Shown here: piece by piece, positions 8,613 to 18,188 of the stretch
How the letters are laid out: each line of letters opens with the position of its first letter
Numbering within the stretch: the stretch's first letter is position 1
DNA from: Octopus sinensis
Taxonomy: Eukaryota
Direction of reading: 5' to 3'
Length of the DNA: 19,118 bases
NCBI RefSeq assembly: GCF_006345805.1
Contig: NW_021824315.1
Location: 1 to 19,118, forward strand
Notes under the pieces: model-generated
The model's input: only the letters and a program-made list of their open reading frames with translations
Told to the model about the DNA's origin: nothing
The model's database searches: none
Made by a program: the position numbers and the translations under genes

Positions 8613-9893
8613 TTGGGTCGTCCGATAAATAATGCGGGTTTTTATACTTTTATTTTTTTAAATTAAGATAAATGAAGTTCTTTTTTAATCTAAATTATTC
8701 GCTCCTTCATTTTCTACAATGTTCTTCCATCTATCTTGTAGACCTGCAAAGCCCCTCTCCAAAAATCTACTTGTCCGTGACGAAAAATACTCCTCCAGTA
8801 CTCTTCTGACATTGTCTACAGAATTCATATTTTTTTTCCGTCCAAATGATTTTATAGACTGCGGAATAAATGATAATTAGATGGGACAATGTCCGACATA
8901 CATGGTGGGTGAGGTATCGTTGCCTATTCAAGCTGTTCCAGCTTTTATAATGTCATTTTCGCTGTATTAGGTCCGAGCATTATCCTGATGGTAAAACACC
9001 TTTCGTCTTGGAACCAAAGATGGTCGTCTGTCTTCTAGTGTTCACTTAAAGCCGCCCAAGCTGCTTACAGTAGATCTCCTTTGTTATTGTTTGGTTTGGG
9101 TTTAAAAGTTCAAAGTGGACTAAACTTTTCATATCCCAGCAAACAGATAACAACACTTTACGTGGGTGAAGAATTTCTCTATCCTGGGATGCCCTTTCCC
9201 TCCCCACTGTCTTCGGGGGTTGACATTTTTATAGAGAACCCATTTCTCGTCACCAGTCACTATTCGTCCCAAAAAAAGGTTCATTCATGAGACTTGACTG
9301 CAAAGAAGAGAACACATTCACTCTCCGCTCGTGATTAGACTTGGAACATTTGTGAGGAACTCATTGACCCAATTTGCTGGCTTTACCGATGGCACACAGG
9401 TTTCGATGAATGATTGAATGACCAAATCCAAGCTTCTCTGCTAGTTCCTCAACAGTTATCATGGGACTTTGTTCCACTAGGGTTTGCAGGGCGTCCTCGT
9501 CGAGATCTACAGATCTTCCAGAATGAGGTTCGTATTCCAGGCTGAATTTTCCGGCTCGAAATTTCAAGAATCACCGTTGACATTGGCTTACGCTTATTGT
9601 CCGATCCCCATATATTGCATTAATATTCCTCGCACTTTCCGTTGCGTTTTTGCCTTTTTTAACTCTTGAAGCAAAATATGTCGAATACGCTCCTTTGTCA
9701 CTTCCATTATAGCTTCGAAAGAATAACTGTTGAGATCGAAATACACACTTCAGACCTTGTACTAAGAATAGAGAACAAGGTAAAATTACAACCTGCTTTT
9801 ATAGCAAGTTGATACAGATAGTTTATCCCGTTCCCCTCCATGTTTAACTTCATGGAATTGAAAAAAAAACGCATTATTTATGGGATGACCCAA
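8613..9893 (-). mobile_element. full-length mariner (Tc1/mariner, DD34D type) DNA transposon, 1281 bp
   Basis: 24-bp TIRs at 8613-8636 and 9870-9893 (22/24 identical: TTGGGTCGTCCGATAAATAATGCG versus TTGGGTCATCCCATAAATAATGCG), TA-rich flanks and an internal transposase remnant. Confidence 0.96.
8685..9707 (-). pseudogene. mariner transposase pseudogene (about 340 codons, several stops and frameshifts)
   Basis: Manual translation gives MEVTKERIRHILL...GKNATESARNINAIYGD...GKASKLGQ*VPH...IVTGDEKWVLYKN...HPRKVLLSVCWD...FYHQDNARP...PHPPCMSDIVPSNYHLFRSL...RWKNIVENEG. WVPH is mutated to *VPH and the third catalytic Asp (APSDY) reads N. Confidence 0.95.
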
Positions 9894-9894
<1 letters not shown>

Positions 9895-9978
<84 letters not shown>

Positions 9979-9984
9979 TGTGTG
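9895..9984. repeat. (TA)n(TG)n microsatellite
   Basis: Directly visible. Confidence 0.97.
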
Positions 9985-10098
9985 CGTAGGCTCGAAACGT
10001 AAAAGACTTTTTCTATTCCTGAGCGTTATACTAATACATCTGTTTGTCTTGTACACCACCTGTCTTCGTCTTTTGTTTTTTTCATAAACTCTCCCTAT
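9984..10098 (+). mobile_element. Penelope-like terminal fragment with the 3' half of a hammerhead motif
   Basis: GCGTAGGCTCGAAACGTAAAAGA...TTCCTGAGCGTT has the same GCTCGAAACGT and TCCTGAGCGT signatures as the fragment at 7802-8035. Confidence 0.55.
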
Positions 10099-10506
10099 AT
10101 ATATATATATAGTATATATATATACCGAGAGAGAGAGAGAGACAGAGAGAGACAGAGAAACAGAGAGGCAGACAGACAGACAGGCAAGCAGTATTCTATG
10201 AATGCATACACGTGTATAAATACATATGGTGTAGATACATGTGCGTTTGTTGCATGTGTAAACGTGTGACCTTCAAGATTTTGTAGGCGAGCATTCATAT
10301 AATACATTAGTTTATGCATACTCCATCCAGAACAGATACACTTGTCGATGGCCACGTGGCACCACCCTAGAAGTATGTCCACACATCCTTATGTCACCTT
10401 CTTTCATGACACCCACGTTAATTGGCTGTCTTTTGCTCACGTGTCTGCATCGATTGTTCCGGAAGTTACTTCACTACGTAGGCTGTCTCCCGTGTCATTG
10501 AACTCT

Positions 10507-10507
<1 letters not shown>

Positions 10508-10541
<34 letters not shown>

Positions 10542-10572
10542 CTTGCTGCAGCTGTTGTTGTTGGACTTCTTT

Positions 10573-10607
<35 letters not shown>

Positions 10608-10645
10608 TATCGTCATCATTTTCTTACCACAACCAAAATCACCCC

Positions 10646-10683
<38 letters not shown>

Positions 10684-10706
10684 GCTGCTGCTGCTACTAC
10701 TACTAT

Positions 10707-10742
<36 letters not shown>

Positions 10743-10745
10743 AAG
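10508..10745. repeat. compound (GTT)n/(CAT)n/(CTA)n trinucleotide tracts
   Basis: Directly visible. Confidence 0.95.
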
Positions 10746-10789
10746 TAGTATTCATAGTACTAGTAGCAGTAGTACAACCACTATACGCA

Positions 10790-11305
10790 TATGGGATTAT
10801 ATATACATGTATATATATATAAACACACATATATGTGTACACATGCATATATAATATATATATATATATATATTCATTTATACATATATACATACATATA
10901 CAAATCTGTATATGTATACATATTCATACTTCATATATAGTTTTTTCATATATTTATACATATATATAGTATATTTTTTTTTTTGTATATCTATATATAT
11001 ATATATATATATATTTATGTATATATATATATGTATATATATGTGAGCAATAAGAAATTTCTGAACGAGGTATATATATTATATATGTATATGTTGCATA
11101 TACATATATTCGTTTATACATGTATATTATATAACACACATGTATATGTATATATAATATACATAAGCATATATATATATAATATTATTAAATTTTATTA
11201 TTATATGCATACATACATATATATAGTATATATATATATATATATATATATATCTATATATACACCTACATGCATACAAACATACATATATATACATATA
11301 ATATA

Positions 11306-11343
<38 letters not shown>

Positions 11344-11394
11344 GATTTATGTATAATATATAATATCTATATAATATGTATGTATCTTATATAT

Positions 11395-11430
<36 letters not shown>

Positions 11431-11450
11431 TATAATATACTTATATATAT
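10790..11450. repeat. long interrupted (TA)n tract
   Basis: Directly visible. Confidence 0.92.
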
Positions 11451-11544
11451 GTAAGTGTTTCTGTAGTTTTCCTCTTGTAAGTCTCTTTCAACTGTCATCA
11501 TGATGGAAGAGTTGATTCATTGAGATTTTTAGCAAGAGATCAAC

Positions 11545-11714
11545 CAGCAGCAGCAGCAACAGCAGCAATAGCACCAGCACCAACTACCACCACCACCACC
11601 ACCACCACCGCCACCACCATCACTACTACTACCACTACTACTACTACTACCACCACCACCACCGCCACCACAACCACCACCACCACCACTACCACCACCA
11701 CCACCACCACCACC

Positions 11715-11752
<38 letters not shown>
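11545..11752. repeat. (CAG)/(CCA)/(CTA) trinucleotide tract
   Basis: Directly visible; it accounts for the poly-Thr ORF 11520-11849. Confidence 0.93.
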
Positions 11753-11756
<4 letters not shown>

Positions 11757-12072
11757 TTAACATCTGCACCAATAACAACAACTAGATTGTCAGTAACAGC
11801 AGCAGCAATAAAAACGTTCACAGCCATCAAAATAACTACAATGAATTAGTGCATGCATTTTATTTTATATAAGAAACTATGTACAATAGCGTCGTCATTT
11901 ATCGGTTTTTTAATATTTGAAGATGGTTTTACTAATGGTGTATTAGTATTTCGGGTTTACTTCCTTACACAAGCATACAGTTCTTTTGCTGGTCTTTATG
12001 CTGGTCCCTTACTCTTACCGTTCTTGGAGGTTCTGTAAACGTTCATGGGCATCGCTGTTTCTCCTGACTAAA

Positions 12073-12195
12073 AGTGGTAAGTAGCTTGCTTCCCAACCCC
12101 AACGTGGCAACTTGGGTAAGTGTCTTCTACTATAGCCTCGGGTCGACCAAAGCCTTGTGAGTAGATTTGATAGACGGAAACTGAAAGAAGCCATC

Positions 12196-12248
<53 letters not shown>

Positions 12249-12481
12249 ATATATACGTATATATTTGTCTGTGTGTCTCTGCTTGTCCCGTCCCCCCCAC
12301 CTTTGCTTGACAACCGATGGTGGTGTGTTTACGTCCCCGTCACTTAGCGGTTCGGCAAAAGGCACCGTTAGAACAAGTACTAGGTTTACAATGAATGAGT
12401 CCTGGGTCGATTTGTTCGACGAAAGGCGATGCTCCAGCATGGCCGCAGTCAAATGTTTGGAACAAGTAAAAGAATAAAAGA
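12073..12481 (+). mobile_element. SINE family A with a deletion in the head (B-box region lost)
   Basis: GTGGTAAGTAGCTTGC...GTGTCTTCTACTATAGCCTCGGG...GAAACTGAAAGAAGCC-(TA)n-...CGTCCCCGTCACTTAGCGGTTCGGCAAAA...AACAAGTAAAAGA is colinear with 16764-17165. Confidence 0.9.
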
Positions 12482-12484
12482 TTT

Positions 12485-12600
12485 GGCGCAGGTATAGCTG
12501 TATGGTTAAGAAGCTCACTTTCAACAACGTGGTTCAGTGTTCAATGCCTTTGTGCGGCCTCATTGGCTAAGGTTTTCTTCTAAACACCGAGGCCGACTAA
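12485..12600 (+). mobile_element. diverged SINE family A-like head, directly after the previous copy
   Basis: GGCGCAGGTATAGCTGTATGGTTAAGAAGC...GTGTTCAATGCC resembles GGCGCAGGAGTGGCTGTGTGGTAAG...GGTTCAGTCCC. Confidence 0.65.
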
Positions 12601-12864
12601 TACTCTGTCAGTGGCACCAGGTTGGTTGCAGGGGCTGCCGGATTTCTTTGAAGGTTGTCTCCTTTCCGTAACCCTGGATAAGGGCCCATACCGGGTACTG
12701 TCAGCCGGATCTAGCTGAGTCCGGGACTCGTGTCAGGCAGGGTCGTCACTCCCTGAAGTAGTGAAGAAAATCGCTACCCACTACCTATATATTTATATAT
12801 ATATTATATATGTGTGTTAAATGCGTGTTTCTCTATGTATGCAAATAATTTTTTTATTCCTTTT

Positions 12865-13189
12865 ACAAATCGACCTCAAGACTTATTCTTTGTATGCCTA
12901 GTACTTATTCTGTCGGTGTCTTTTGCCGACCCACTAGGTTACGGTGACATAAACACGCCAACATCGGCTGTCAAGCGAAGATGAGGGACAAGCAAAGACA
13001 CACAAATACATACATATAGATAACTAGACACGACGGATTCCTTTCAGTTTCCGTCTACCAAATCCACTCACAAGGCTTTAGTCGGCTCAGGGCTATAGTA
13101 AAAGAAACTTGCTCAAGATGCTACGCAGTGGGACTGAACCCGGAACCATGTGGTTGGGAAGGAAACTTACTACCACACAGCCACTCCTG
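12865..13189 (-). mobile_element. SINE family A, 3'-truncated
   Basis: Colinear with 5430-5765 in the same orientation. Confidence 0.9.
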
Positions 13190-13198
13190 TATATATAT

Positions 13199-13429
13199 AT
13201 TTCTTTACTACCCACAAGGGGCTAAACACAGAGGGGACAAACAAGGACAGACAAAGGGATTAAGTCGATTCCATCGACCCCAGTGCGTAACTGGTACTTA
13301 ATTTATCGACCCCGAAAGGATGAAAGGCAAAGTCAACCTCGGCGGAATTTGAACTCAGAACGTAACGGCATCCGAAATACGGCAACGCATTTCGCCCGGC
13401 GTGCTACCGTTTCTGCCAGCTCGCCGCCT
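13199..13429 (-). mobile_element. SINE family B, full length
   Basis: The reverse complement starts AGGCGGCGAGCTGGCAGAAACGGTAGC (A-box-like), contains GAGTTCAAATTCC (B box) and GTTGACTTTGCCTTTCATCCTTTCGGGGTCGATAAATTAAGTACC, and ends GGGTAGTAAAGAAA. Confidence 0.92.
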
Positions 13430-13486
13430 GTCTATATATACTCCTGTATATATATGTATGCTTTTGTGAGTATGTATGTATTTCTA

Positions 13487-13605
13487 TTGTATGTCAGTTT
13501 GTATTATTGTATGTATTTATGTATTTATGTGTATTTCTGTGTATTTCTGTGTATTTCTGTTGTATGTCAGTTTGTATTATTGTATGTATTTATGTATTTA
13601 TGTAT
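13487..13605. repeat. local tandem duplication (~44 bp x2) with an internal GTGTATTTCT unit x3
   Basis: TTGTATGTCAGTTTGTATTATTGTATGTATTTATGTATTTATGT occurs twice, about 73 bp apart. Confidence 0.85.
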
Positions 13606-13634
13606 GCACGCCGTGTTTCTGTTTATCAAAATGT

Positions 13635-13732
13635 CACTGAAAAAGACTTGCCCAAGGTGTTGTTCACAGTGGGATTCTACCACCCGGAATCTCGTGGCTG
13701 CAACGCGAAATTCTTGATCACGCTGCCATACC
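13635..13732 (-). mobile_element. old SINE head fragment (family A-like)
   Basis: The reverse complement ...GATTCCGGGTGGTAGAATCCCACTGTG...CACCTTGGGCAAGTCTTT resembles the family A head. Confidence 0.6.
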
Positions 13733-14039
13733 AATCCCTTTAATTGCATCAGGCTCCATAAATTAAAGTAATTAACCAAGCTATCAAGTAATTGCTTTAT
13801 AAAATACATGTAGACTTATAATTTGACTGATAAAATAGAGGAAGCGAGAGAGAAAGAAAGAGAGAGAGAGAGAGAGAGTAGAGAAAGGTGAAAGTGAGGT
13901 TAAAAGGGAATGAAGAATGTGTAAGTATGTATGTATGTGCAAGTGTATATATGTGAGTGTATGTATGTGTATGTGTGTGCGTGTGTGTGTGTGTACGTAT
14001 TTATGTATGGATGTGTGTTATTATGCATGTATGCATGTA

Positions 14040-14244
14040 TGAGAGAAAGAGGGAAAGAGAGATAGGAAGTAGGTCGAGAGGTAGAGAGTAGGAATAAGCT
14101 GCGTTGATAAAGGATGAAGGAGAGAGAGAGATAGAGAGAGAGAGATGAGAGAGAGAGAGGGAGGGAGAGAGAGAAAGAGAAGTATATTGATAGGAAATGA
14201 AAGGTAGAGATGGTGGTAGAAAGAGAAGTAGTCAGAGAAGCAAT

Positions 14245-14277
<33 letters not shown>

Positions 14278-14690
14278 AGGAAGAAAGAAGGAAAGAAAGA
14301 AAGAAAGAAAGGAAGAAAGAAAGAAAAGAATGAGTGAATGAATGAATGAAAGACAAAAAGAAACAGCGAAAGAATGAATGAAAGAAAAGACGGAAGAAGA
14401 AAGAAACAAAGAAAAGTTGAAAGAAGGGAAGTAAGAAAGAAAGAAGGAAAGAAAGGATAAAAGAAAGAAAGAAAGAGAGAAAGAAAGTAAAGAGGATAAA
14501 AAGAAGAAATGGATGCAAGTAAGAAAGAAGGAAAGAAAGAAAGAAATAATGAAATGATGAAAGAAAGATAAAAAAGAAAGAAAGGATGAAAGAAAGAAAG
14601 AAAAAAGAAAGAAAAAAGAAAGAAAGAAAGAAAGAAAGAAGGAAAAGAAGGATGAAAGAATGAAAGCGAGCACGAAAGAAAGATAAAGCT
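14040..14690. repeat. long polypurine (GA)n/(GAAA)n tract
   Basis: Directly visible; it accounts for the Phe/Leu/Ser ORFs on the minus strand. Confidence 0.95.
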
Positions 14691-14774
14691 ATTCAGTGAA
14701 AGGGTACATTCACGACCGGAAGACCTCAATCCGATTATTGTCGCAATATTTATCAGGCCTAACAATGCTTAAAT

Positions 14775-14940
14775 CTCCCTTTCTCTCCTTTCTCTTCCTT
14801 TTTCCCCTCCTCACCATCTCTCACACACCTCTGTCTTTCATCACACACACACACACACACACACACACTCTCTCTCTCTCTCTCGCTCTCTCTCTCTCTT
14901 TATCTCCCTTTTCCGTCTGTCTCTCTTTATCTCTCTCCGT
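14775..14940. repeat. (CT)n/(CA)n microsatellite
   Basis: Directly visible. Confidence 0.9.
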
Positions 14941-15344
14941 CATCATCTCATAAATATGTACCGGAACTTCTCAATGATGTACCGGAAGTGCTAATAATTT
15001 ACATAATACACCTTAATTATATCACAAACCAAAGGAAACAGTAAAAACCTTTTCCATGGAACGACAAAAGTCACGTATTCTCTCGCCCATCCCGAGATCT
15101 TTAGCCAACTCACTCTCATGCATTCAATAGTAACCATCCATATTCTATTGTTGTCCCATATTCTATTGGTGTGCAGTTATCACAACCAACCGTCACTCGC
15201 AAGCAAGCGTGACTTGGGAGCATGTACCATACTTTCACCAACAACTTAAGGTGCTTGTGTAGTCATAAGCGGATGAAAGTATCCACTAGGTTTTCTAACC
15301 TTTGACCCAGAAGAACATCAATGACTCGAGACCTTGAGAGAGGA

Positions 15345-15389
<45 letters not shown>

Positions 15390-15439
15390 CACCTGTATCA
15401 GGATTGGTACTCGTTATAGGTAAGTAAAAGGACAATGGA

Positions 15440-15507
15440 AAAATAAAGTGCTTGCTCAACGACACAACCTGTGAGTTTAAGTCCTATTCAGAAATTGAAC
15501 CCGGGAA
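15440..15507 (-). mobile_element. SINE head fragment (family C-like)
   Basis: AAGTGCTTGCTCAACGACACAAC...AATTGAACCCGGG is the antisense of a degenerate B-box and GTGTC(C)TTGAGCAAG segment. Confidence 0.5.
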
Positions 15508-15709
15508 CACCACCACCATCACTACCACTACCATCAACTCCACCACCATGAGACAAAAATACTAAACGACGTACGCAGTCGAGGATTGAATCATACGTGT
15601 CACAATGAATGGTGCCTCCACATCGTCGTTAGTGACCTGTTAGAAACAGCAGTGAAAGCTGTCCTCAAAACACTGCTTAGCTTTAAGAAAGGATTAATTT
15701 GACATTGCT

Positions 15710-15798
15710 TGGTTCCGCTTTCAATCCTTGGCAAGTGCCGTCTATTATGGCCTCGGGCCAACAAACCCTGGTGAGGATTTGATAGACGGAAACTGAAT
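15710..15798 (+). mobile_element. SINE family A internal fragment
   Basis: CCTTGGCAAGTG...GCCTCGGGCCAAC...GGATTTGATAGACGGAAACTGAA matches 16840-16917. Confidence 0.75.
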
Positions 15799-15855
15799 TA
15801 CAAAGTTTCACGTGTAAAACTTTATAACTCAAATTAGCAAATGAAACACGTGTAA

Positions 15856-16252
15856 TCTTTATATATAAAAGTGAAGTTGTGTGTCTGTCTCCTACGATTT
15901 AAATTCCTAACTACTCCCACATTTTGTGGTGCAGTGAAAACCAATAGTGGGTATCTTATAGTCGTGATTCATTTCGAGCCCTTCTGGGTATTAGCGCGCG
16001 TCTACGACGAGTCTACGATTTAAAAAATAATTTACCATGAATTTTTCCCATTTTTAATGCATTTTTGGCATATATAAGGGAAGTAACTCTCTAAAAATGT
16101 ATTATTAAATCTCAGAACGTAAAAAGCCACAGTAACACCCACCCCCCTTGTGGTTAGCCATATTGAGATTGTACTTTATACTTTACATCTCTAAAAATGC
16201 TTATATAGTTATTTCCCTTACAAACCCGAGCAACGCCGGGCGATACTGCTAG
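15856..16252 (+). mobile_element. non-autonomous Helitron, copy 3
   Basis: A|TCTTTATATATAAAA ... CCCGAGCAACGCCGGGCGATACTGCTAG|T, colinear with copy 2. Confidence 0.92.
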
Positions 16253-16283
16253 TGAGGAATAAATAATAATCTGTGTATTGCTA

Positions 16284-16620
16284 TATTTCGGGATGGCCAG
16301 TTTTTAAAACTTGTTTTGTACCAAATAAACACACGCATTATATATTTTCCCTCGTTTATTACTGTTCTCCTTAGAAGAACAGAATGGAGTAAGTGGAGCA
16401 AGAACACACAGAAAAAACGAAAGTGTCGATGAAGAGGTCACAGATGTGTAACGAAAGATTTTCGGACGATGGGCGTAAAATAAATAAAAGCACTAATAAA
16501 CGAGTGAAGAAAATATATGTAGTGCGTGTGTTTATTTGGAAAAAAAAATGACCGTCCCGAAATACAACGTGTTCCAACACACGATTTCACGTTAGGAATC
16601 TTGCAACACGAATTGATTAA
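16284..16620. mobile_element. probable Penelope-like terminal fragments in inverted arrangement
   Basis: 16284-16364 is the reverse complement of 16491-16565 with indels, and the spacer contains a degenerate hammerhead-like motif. The family assignment is inferred. Confidence 0.45.
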
Positions 16621-16669
16621 CTTGTATATTATATATATAATATATAATCTATATATATATATATATAAT

Positions 16670-16752
<83 letters not shown>

Positions 16753-16763
16753 TATATATATAT

Positions 16764-17165
16764 AGGCGCAGGAGTGACTGTGTGGTAATAGCTTGCTAAC
16801 CAGCCACATGGTTCCGGGTTCGGTCCCACTGCGCGGCATCTTGGGCAAGTGTCTTCTGCTATAGCCTCGGGCCGAGACCAATGCCTTGTGAGTGGATTTG
16901 GTAGACGGAAACTGAAAGAAGCCTGTCGTATATATAATATATATATATGCGTGTGTGTGTTGTGTGTCTGTGTTTGTCCCCCTAGCATTGCTTGACAACC
17001 GATGCTGGTGTGTTTTACGTCCCCGTCACATAGCGGTTCGGCAAAAGAGACCGATAGAATAAGTACTGGGCTTACAAAGAAAAGTCCCGGGGTCGATTTG
17101 CTCGACTAAAGGCGGTGCTCCAGCATGCCGCAGTCAAATGACTGAACAAGTAAAAGAGTAAAGAG
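16764..17165 (+). mobile_element. SINE family A, full length
   Basis: tRNA-like head (GGAGTGACTGTGTGG ... GGGTTCGGTCCC), body, internal (TA)(TG) tract, and a 3' part ending AAGTAAAAGAGTAAAAGAG. Confidence 0.93.
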
Positions 17166-17166
17166 C

Positions 17167-17208
<42 letters not shown>

Positions 17209-17238
17209 TATAATATATATATATATATATTATATTAT

Positions 17239-17319
<81 letters not shown>

Positions 17320-17423
17320 GAATGGAGTCGAACGAAGATGTTAACAAATTCCTTTACTCTCGACACTGAATGAATATTCCATGCTGACGATAAACATAGG
17401 ATGATTCATTCACCTACTTATAT

Positions 17424-17488
<65 letters not shown>

Positions 17489-18009
17489 TTATTATATACA
17501 TATATATATACATATTATATATATATATAATATATTATTATATAATGTTATATATATATTAGGTTTGAAAAAAGATTAGTTATCTACACAAACAATTTTT
17601 TATATAAAAAAAAAAGATGGAGGGAATTTAATAAAAATGGATTTAAAAATCAGATAATTTTTAAAAAATCAAATGACAGAAAGAAGATGAAAAAACGTAC
17701 AAATACTACATAAATATCTATGTAGTTATAGATTATTATATTACGTTATATATGTATGGTGTATATGTAGTTATAAGTGTGTACACGCGTTCATGTGTAG
17801 GGTAATATATGTGTATATAAATGTATATACACACACACACATATATACATACACACAATATATATATGATTATATAATATATTATATATATATTATATAT
17901 ATATATATATGATATATATGTGATATATATATATATATGATATATATATGATATAATATATATTGATATATATATATATATATATAGATATTATATATAT
18001 ATACATATA

Positions 18010-18040
<31 letters not shown>

Positions 18041-18110
18041 ATATATAATACATAATATATATATATGTAGATATACGTGTATATGTATTTATACATCTAT
18101 CATATAGAAT
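17166..18110. repeat. mostly interrupted (TA)n tracts with short AT-rich unique spacers
   Basis: Directly visible. Confidence 0.85.
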
Positions 18111-18149
18111 AAATATTTTCATGTATATGTTTTTATGTTTGTGTGTGTA

Positions 18150-18188
<39 letters not shown>

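Noticed and set aside
11520-11849. ATG-initiated 109-aa Thr/Ala-rich mucin-like ORF
   Set aside because: It is almost entirely pure CAG/CCA/CTA repeat, has no signal peptide, and is equally open on the opposite strand.
12010-12066. Possible minus-strand micro-exon ending AAGAACG|GTAAGAG
   Set aside because: The acceptor is weak, the peptide is unrecognisable, and the upstream sequence is a SINE.
13900-14765. Hydrophobic Phe/Leu/Ser 'membrane protein' ORFs
   Set aside because: They are the antisense of (GAAA)n, a classic spurious ORF.
16764-16835. tRNA-like sequence
   Set aside because: It is a SINE head with A and B boxes but no complete cloverleaf, and it continues into the SINE body; not a tRNA gene.
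17320-17415. CTGACGA within a short unique spacer, possibly another hammerhead
   Set aside because: No stem II or GAAA follows, so the core cannot be completed.
17400-18110. Irregular interruptions in (TA)n tracts that could be read as higher-order structure
   Set aside because: They are single-base gains and losses without periodicity, consistent with slippage or long-read consensus error.
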